DNA from: an uncultured Pseudobdellovibrionaceae bacterium
GTDB lineage: Bacteria > Bdellovibrionota > Bdellovibrionia > Bdellovibrionales > UBA1609
Length of the DNA stretch: 64,000 nt
Assembly (NCBI GenBank): GCA_963803705.1
Contig: CAWDNU010000001.1
Coordinates: forward strand, 256,001 to 320,000
Direction of reading: 5' to 3'
Below, piece by piece: positions 58,969 to 64,000 of the stretch. Position 1 is the stretch's first letter, and each line of letters starts with the position of its first letter. Both the position numbers and the translations under genes were made by a program. Below the pieces are notes generated by a model that made no database searches, was not told where the DNA came from, and was given only the letters and a program-made list of their open reading frames with translations.

Positions 58969-60579
58969 ATGAAACTGAAGTTTTTTATAACTATTTTACT
59001 ATTCACAATGAGCGCACAAGCTGATTGCATTGACGAGATTGTAAATTACAGGTCTACAGGTCGGGGTGATTTGAAGACTGCAGATTGCTTTCATAAAAAC
59101 AAGCTTTACTCAGAATCACTACCACTTTTGACTAAACTATCAGAAAACAACTTGGAAGCACTAGAGTACTTACTAGCGAAGTTGCCTTCCGGGTATGAAT
59201 CTGTAGTAGAAAGATTTTTATCTAAAATCAAGCCCAAAAAACTAAATAAAAAAGTATTTGGCGAATATGTATATTGGCGTGCAAAAGGCTTAAATCGAAA
59301 AGGTAGTTACAAAAGTGTGCTTGCCATTACCAACAATTTTGACCGAAATCATCCAAAGTACCCATTTATACTTTTTTTTAGGGGTGTTGCTCTAATCAAT
59401 TTTAACAAAATGAATGCAGCAGAAACTTCTTTTTTGGAAGCAAAAAAGAAGATTTCAAACATAAAGAAGCAAAGTAACAAAGAAACCTTTCTATTTGATT
59501 TGATCTCTTCTTCTTTAGGTAAAATATATCTAACTCAAAAAAAATACCCTCAAGCTGAAGCCCAATATAAAGATATTAATCCAAGCAGTGTAATTTGGTA
59601 CGATAATCTTGTTGAACTTGGTTGGAATCAGTTGAAAAGTAATAATTATTCTCAAGCTCTTGGAAATATGTATTTTATAGATAAAAACACATCTCCTGTT
59701 TCATGGAAACCTGATTCATACTTGATTAGATCAATGGCTTTTTTAAGTTTATGTCATTTTCCTGATGCTGATGAAGCTTTGAAAGTAGTAGAAGACTTTT
59801 ATAAAGCCCTTTATAACTCTTCTGTTACGGCGAAAAAAACTAACGTCAATTTTTACGAACTTTTAAAGCAAAGTCTTTCGATGAATCCAAATTCAGAGGT
59901 CCAAGGTTTCCCGGTTCCTTTAATTAGGTATGCAGCAATTGATATTGATTTTATTCAGGTCCAAGAGTCAATAAACAACCTGATTGATGAATTGAGCGCT
60001 CAAAGAAAATTAGAAAATAAAATTGCTAAGAGAGTTCGTTTCTATGAAAAAGACAAAATTTCAAATATCGATAAAGTAGCAAAATTGAAAGAACAAATTT
60101 ATAGATTAAAATCAAAAAAGTCCAAAAAACAAAAAGTAGATGAAAAAGAGAATGAACTTAGGGACGCCCAGAACCAATTGGCCTCTATAAATGTTGGAAT
60201 TAATAGTTTAAATAGTGGTGTAGATTTTCACATCTCTAAATTAAATCAAAAGATCAAAAGTTTAGAGCGTTTAAAGTCGAAGGCTGAACAGAGTGCTGCG
60301 CGGGTCTTGAAGAATAAAGTGATAGTGACTTTAAAGCAGCTTAAAGAAAAGTTGAATCAAGCAGAGCTAATTAGATTTGAAATCTTTTCCAGATCTGGAA
60401 ATAATATAAGGTACCGGCTAGCAGGTGGTAAAATAAGCAAAAAAGACAGTCAAACTGCTTTTAAAGCCTTTGGCGCTAAAGAGCTAAAGTGGGATTTCAA
60501 AGGGGAAATCTGGAAAGATGAATACGGATCTTTAGACGCCTCTGTAAAGAATCTGTGTAAAGTTAACGAAGCAAAATAG
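58969..60579 (+). CDS. TPR/coiled-coil protein (GltC-like)
   Basis: ELGW, ALGNM, FLSLCHF, C-terminal WDFKGEIWKDEYG...C. Confidence 0.72.
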   Translation: MKLKFFITILLFTMSAQADCIDEIVNYRSTGRGDLKTADCFHKNKLYSESLPLLTKLSENNLEALEYLLAKLPSGYESVVERFLSKIKPKKLNKKVFGEYVYWRAKGLNRKGSYKSVLAITNNFDRNHPKYPFILFFRGVALINFNKMNAAETSFLEAKKKISNIKKQSNKETFLFDLISSSLGKIYLTQKKYPQAEAQYKDINPSSVIWYDNLVELGWNQLKSNNYSQALGNMYFIDKNTSPVSWKPDSYLIRSMAFLSLCHFPDADEALKVVEDFYKALYNSSVTAKKTNVNFYELLKQSLSMNPNSEVQGFPVPLIRYAAIDIDFIQVQESINNLIDELSAQRKLENKIAKRVRFYEKDKISNIDKVAKLKEQIYRLKSKKSKKQKVDEKENELRDAQNQLASINVGINSLNSGVDFHISKLNQKIKSLERLKSKAEQSAARVLKNKVIVTLKQLKEKLNQAELIRFEIFSRSGNNIRYRLAGGKISKKDSQTAFKAFGAKELKWDFKGEIWKDEYGSLDASVKNLCKVNEAK

Positions 60580-60624
60580 ATAAATTTGGTTGAAATTCAA
60601 CGCCAACTCTGGGATTAATTAGAA

Positions 60625-61437
60625 ATGATATTTATTAAGATTTTTAGCATTTTTACTTACTTCTTCCAAATAACTAAAAGTGTGTTTGGGACCGGGTTTG
60701 TTATATTTTTTCTGATCTCTTGCACTAGAAACACTAATAATCTTCTTCCAAGAGGTGGCTACTGTGGCCTTAGCACTCAGGATTTCAAAAACCCTTACTC
60801 TACAGAAAATCTGGATAGTGAAGTCTTTTTAATTCTTGAGGATTTGTTAAGTGGCGCAGATGATCAAACAACTGATCCCGTAAAGTATCGCGCTCAGACA
60901 GTTAGTTTGTTGTTTAAAAAAGGACAGGCAGTGTCAAGTTCGGATGGGGAAGGACCATATGTTCCTGATGAGCAAGTTATGTTTTTACATGTTCCCGTGT
61001 ACCTAAGTGACAATGTGTCTTTAGCTGGTTTCAACACTACGTGCAAAAGAGGTCTAACCTTAGAGTCCGAAGGCAGCTTCGCAGCTGTTCTGCCGACTGA
61101 GATTAGCTTAAACAAAGATTTAACCTGGACATCGAACCAGTCTTTAGAATATTCAGTCAGCTACGGGGCTCAGTTTACAGAAGAAGGTTTTTTAGTTGGA
61201 TCGGTCGAGCCAACTTCTGATCCTGGTTCTGCAGGTAGTGCTGACTTTGATTTTGTGGATTTAGTCTTTCTAGAGCAAATTGGAAAGTTGAGTAAAATTC
61301 AGAAAGATATGAAAGCTTCGCTTGATACGAAGTTAGACGAAATTTTCATGCAAGTGCAAGTCTCTGCTGATCCAGAAGTATTTGCACGAATCACTTTCTT
61401 AAAGGTTAAAGAAATAGCTGCAAGCGACTTAGATTAG
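60625..61437 (+). CDS. Hypothetical lipoprotein
   Basis: Lipobox LISC; acidic mature region; start uncertain. Confidence 0.65.
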   Translation: MIFIKIFSIFTYFFQITKSVFGTGFVIFFLISCTRNTNNLLPRGGYCGLSTQDFKNPYSTENLDSEVFLILEDLLSGADDQTTDPVKYRAQTVSLLFKKGQAVSSSDGEGPYVPDEQVMFLHVPVYLSDNVSLAGFNTTCKRGLTLESEGSFAAVLPTEISLNKDLTWTSNQSLEYSVSYGAQFTEEGFLVGSVEPTSDPGSAGSADFDFVDLVFLEQIGKLSKIQKDMKASLDTKLDEIFMQVQVSADPEVFARITFLKVKEIAASDLD

Positions 61438-61489
61438 CCTATTTTATTACTAATTTTATTTTCAAATTCTTTCACATTAGCAAAGTAAG

Positions 61490-61957
61490 CTATAATATAG
61501 GCTTAGTAAATTTTGTATTTACTTTTCGAAACTCTTCTAATCTAGAGTCATATTTGTACACATTTAATATAGGTTTCATTCTTCTATTGTAAGTGGGCGC
61601 GATGATTTCTAAGTCGACGTCACGATCCACATTTGCGATAGCTAAGTTAGAAGTTTGATCTTTAATTAGAATATAAGCATCATATTCTCCCTCTAATTTC
61701 AGGGTATCGATTAGTTCAAGGCCGTGATTGAGTTGGCCGTATACCTCTAGAAAAACTTTATTATTCTGTTTAATCTTTAAAATAGAAAGTTTTATTTGAT
61801 TATTCAATTTTGAAGTTTCAATTTTAGCAAGCACGGTGCGACCCATATTTTTTATATTTCTATTGAAAAAATTTTGAGTATTAGAATTAAAAAAAAGAAA
61901 AAGACTTAAAGTTAACAATAGAAAAGAAATAATATAACTTTTTTTAAACGCGGTCAT
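61490..61957 (-). CDS. Hypothetical membrane-anchored protein
   Basis: N-terminal TM; LAIANVDRDVDLEIIAPTY loop; 1-nt overlap with the pgeF stop. Confidence 0.7.
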   Translation of the reverse strand: MTAFKKSYIISFLLLTLSLFLFFNSNTQNFFNRNIKNMGRTVLAKIETSKLNNQIKLSILKIKQNNKVFLEVYGQLNHGLELIDTLKLEGEYDAYILIKDQTSNLAIANVDRDVDLEIIAPTYNRRMKPILNVYKYDSRLEEFRKVNTKFTKPIL

Positions 61958-62604
61958 TATTCCTCGAAGTAAGCGAAGTTAAAATTTCTATATTTCGTTT
62001 CTTTATCTTTTCTGTAGCTCCAGTATAAGTTATTGCTAAACGTATTGATATCAGCTTCATAAATTTTATAAATTTTAAAATTTTCTGATATGAATTTTTT
62101 TGTAAAATTTTGTAGCGAAAAGTAGTATGATTGTTCCTTGGTGTATAAGCAGTCCAACCCGATTTCTTTAAACTGCAGGTAAAGGTTTCGACCTATCTCG
62201 TAAGTTTGGATATGTGGACCGATGAAGAATGAAAATGAGTTATGGGGATTTGTAATTTTTAAAAATTTTAATAAAATCCCATCCACCAGTCCTACTCGAC
62301 CACAATGTAAATTAGTGATTACTCTGTCGGTGTGGTCTAACACGATAAGAGGCAAGCAATCGGCTGTCTTTATAATCACAGCCTTGTTGGGCTTGATCCA
62401 CTGGTAGCCATCCGAGGCTTCTGAAATTTTTGGTTCAATATCTATATTGGTTGTGTGCTGTTGATTTAAAAACTGAAGTTCAAGATGTGAATGCTTTCCA
62501 ACTAATTCATTGCTATCAAATTTTTTATTTCCGAAATACACGTGCATGTTTTTGCAGTAGAAATGAATTCCAAAATCTGTAGTTACTTTGCTAAACTGGT
62601 ACAC
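61957..62604 (-). CDS. pgeF: YfiH/PgeF family (laccase-domain) protein
   Basis: QQH, TADCLP, HCGR, IGPHI, SYR motifs; follows rluD. Confidence 0.82.
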   Translation of the reverse strand: MYQFSKVTTDFGIHFYCKNMHVYFGNKKFDSNELVGKHSHLELQFLNQQHTTNIDIEPKISEASDGYQWIKPNKAVIIKTADCLPLIVLDHTDRVITNLHCGRVGLVDGILLKFLKITNPHNSFSFFIGPHIQTYEIGRNLYLQFKEIGLDCLYTKEQSYYFSLQNFTKKFISENFKIYKIYEADINTFSNNLYWSYRKDKETKYRNFNFAYFEE

Positions 62605-63544
62605 TTAAATAATCTATCAAATCATTGAAGCAGTTGGGTAGTTCTACTTTGAAACTCATGACCTTGTCAGTTACTGGGTGCCTAAATGAGAGCTCTCGAG
62701 CGTACAAAAGCATATTTGAATTCTTTTTTATAATAGACTTAAGTCCTGAGTCTGTAATAGAGTTTAGTCTTCGCGCTGATCCATAGATAGCATCGTTTAC
62801 AATTGGGCAGCCAAGTTCCGATAAGTGCACCCTAATTTGGTGAGTTCTGCCGGTATCTAGTTTCAACTCAATAACACTGATCTGACTCGCGACAAGAACT
62901 TTGAAGTGTGTTCTAGCGACTTTACCAGTTTTTGGATTATTGGTTGAAGCAAATTTTTTCCTATTTTTAGGATCACGACTAAGATAAGTTTGAATTAATC
63001 CACCATGTAGTTTCGGCTTTCCAAAGCAGATTGCATTGTAAACTCGACCGGCAGATTTTTCTTTAAACTGTTCAGCAAGTTTAGTCATTGCTGTCTGAGT
63101 TTTTGCTGCAACTATTAATCCCCCAGTATCTTTGTCCAATCTGTGAACGATTCCAGGTCGATGCTCGTGAAATCCCATGCTTAGCTTTTCACAGTGATAC
63201 AACAAGGCGTTAACTAAGGTGCCGCTACTATGACCGTGACTAGGATGAACCACCATCCCAAAATCTTTATCAATTACGATCAAGTCATCATCTTCGAATA
63301 TAATTTTTAAGCTGATTTCTTCGGCTTTAAGTTCAAAATTTTTAATCTCAGGTATTCTAATTTCAATTTTGTCGTCAAAATTTAATTTATAGGATGGCTT
63401 TTTATTCTCTTTATTAACAGTACATAGTCCTCTTTCTATTAGCTTTATAACTTGGGCTCTGGAAGATTTTAAATTGGAAGTCAGGTAGTTGTCTAACCTG
63501 ACTTTTTGTTTTGACCCATATGAATACTTTATGAGTCTTTCCAA
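62591..63544 (-). CDS. rluD: RluA/RluD family pseudouridine synthase
   Basis: S4-like RLDNYL, GMVVHP, GIVHRLDKDTGG, TGRTHQIRVH; start set at TTG 63544. Confidence 0.92.
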   Translation of the reverse strand: MERLIKYSYGSKQKVRLDNYLTSNLKSSRAQVIKLIERGLCTVNKENKKPSYKLNFDDKIEIRIPEIKNFELKAEEISLKIIFEDDDLIVIDKDFGMVVHPSHGHSSGTLVNALLYHCEKLSMGFHEHRPGIVHRLDKDTGGLIVAAKTQTAMTKLAEQFKEKSAGRVYNAICFGKPKLHGGLIQTYLSRDPKNRKKFASTNNPKTGKVARTHFKVLVASQISVIELKLDTGRTHQIRVHLSELGCPIVNDAIYGSARRLNSITDSGLKSIIKKNSNMLLYARELSFRHPVTDKVMSFKVELPNCFNDLIDYLSVPV

Positions 63545-63548
63545 AACT

Positions 63549-64000
63549 TTAGTTTTGATCAAACAGTTTGAGGTAAGTGTTCGAAACAAGCTTAGAGTCC
63601 AAATTCATTAACTTAGCAATTTGGACAATAAAGCCACGAACAAAAACTTTTGCGGGAAGAGACTCAAAATCATGGGATTCTATAGCAAGAATATAAGACT
63701 TACTTATTTTAGATCTCTCGCTTAGCTGCTCCAGATTAATATTTTTGTAGTGTCTTATTTTCTGCAGTAGGTCCCCGTCGAAAGTTTCTGTAGATTTTAT
63801 TTTTTCTTCAAAGTTGGTATCAATATTATAAGTACCGAATTGAGTTTTGCCTAGCTCTTGATTTCAGTCTGTGGCGAATTTTGACTTTTCGGTACTATAC
63901 TTCTATCTTCAATAATTTTGTTGATGTTTTCTTTAATACTGAATTCCTTTTTTATAGATTTATCGTACTCTGCACGTCTTATTGGATTACTTAAAACTGA
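63549..64000 (-). CDS. J-domain plus HTH_25 (RodZ-like) protein, 3' part, with apparent frameshift near 63862
   Basis: Own translation: SVLSNPIRRAEYD (end of a J domain) stops at 63851-63853; the -1 frame 63863-63549 reads DLLQKIRHYKNINLEQLSERSKISKSYILAIE...LPAKVFVRGF and has no usable start codon. Confidence 0.72.

Noticed and set aside
298..62407. Many short antisense or out-of-frame ORFs in the track (e.g. 5934-6320, 7320-7706, 46310-46909, 57239-57652)
   Set aside because: They lie wholly or largely over well-supported genes and show no motifs or RBS; treated as shadow ORFs
63947..63953. A-AAA-AAG programmed -1 frameshift in the J-domain gene
   Set aside because: The -1 frame hits TAA four codons later and does not reach the HTH region

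Overview
AT-rich (roughly 35% GC, by eye) bacterial chromosome segment. Gene content and order suggest a Bdellovibrionota-like predatory bacterium (inference from the Agl/Glt-type gliding operon, vWA-like lipoproteins, PilZ, stand-alone PilT, and sigma54/sigma28 promoters). Most of the window is housekeeping: gatA-gatB, ppx, rho-rpmE-prfA-prmC-murA, serS-sppA-tRNA-Ser, mscL, pfkA, an acyl-CoA carboxylase cluster, asnS, deoC-pdp-PNP, pilT, rng, rplU-rpmA-obgE-nadD/rsfS-rlmH, lolA, hpt, bamD, a partial ast cluster, mltG, pgeF and rluD. I found no CRISPR, prophage, integrase or transposase. The best leads are: (1) a sigma54-driven Agl/Glt-like operon with no obvious GltE, transcribed back-to-back with a vWA-like lipoprotein pair; (2) two divergent paralogous Cys-rich secreted proteins with an HTH regulator and a structured leader; (3) a perfect 81-bp palindrome with a half-copy 8.6 kb away, both overlapping stop codons; (4) a perfect 5 x 36-bp spacerless array ahead of murA; (5) an M20 peptidase homologue that has lost its metal ligands, inside a truncated ast cluster; (6) Rho with an Asn-rich prion-like N-terminal segment. 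Three single-base frameshifts in short A runs may be sequencing errors. All calls come from motif recognition by eye; no searches were run.
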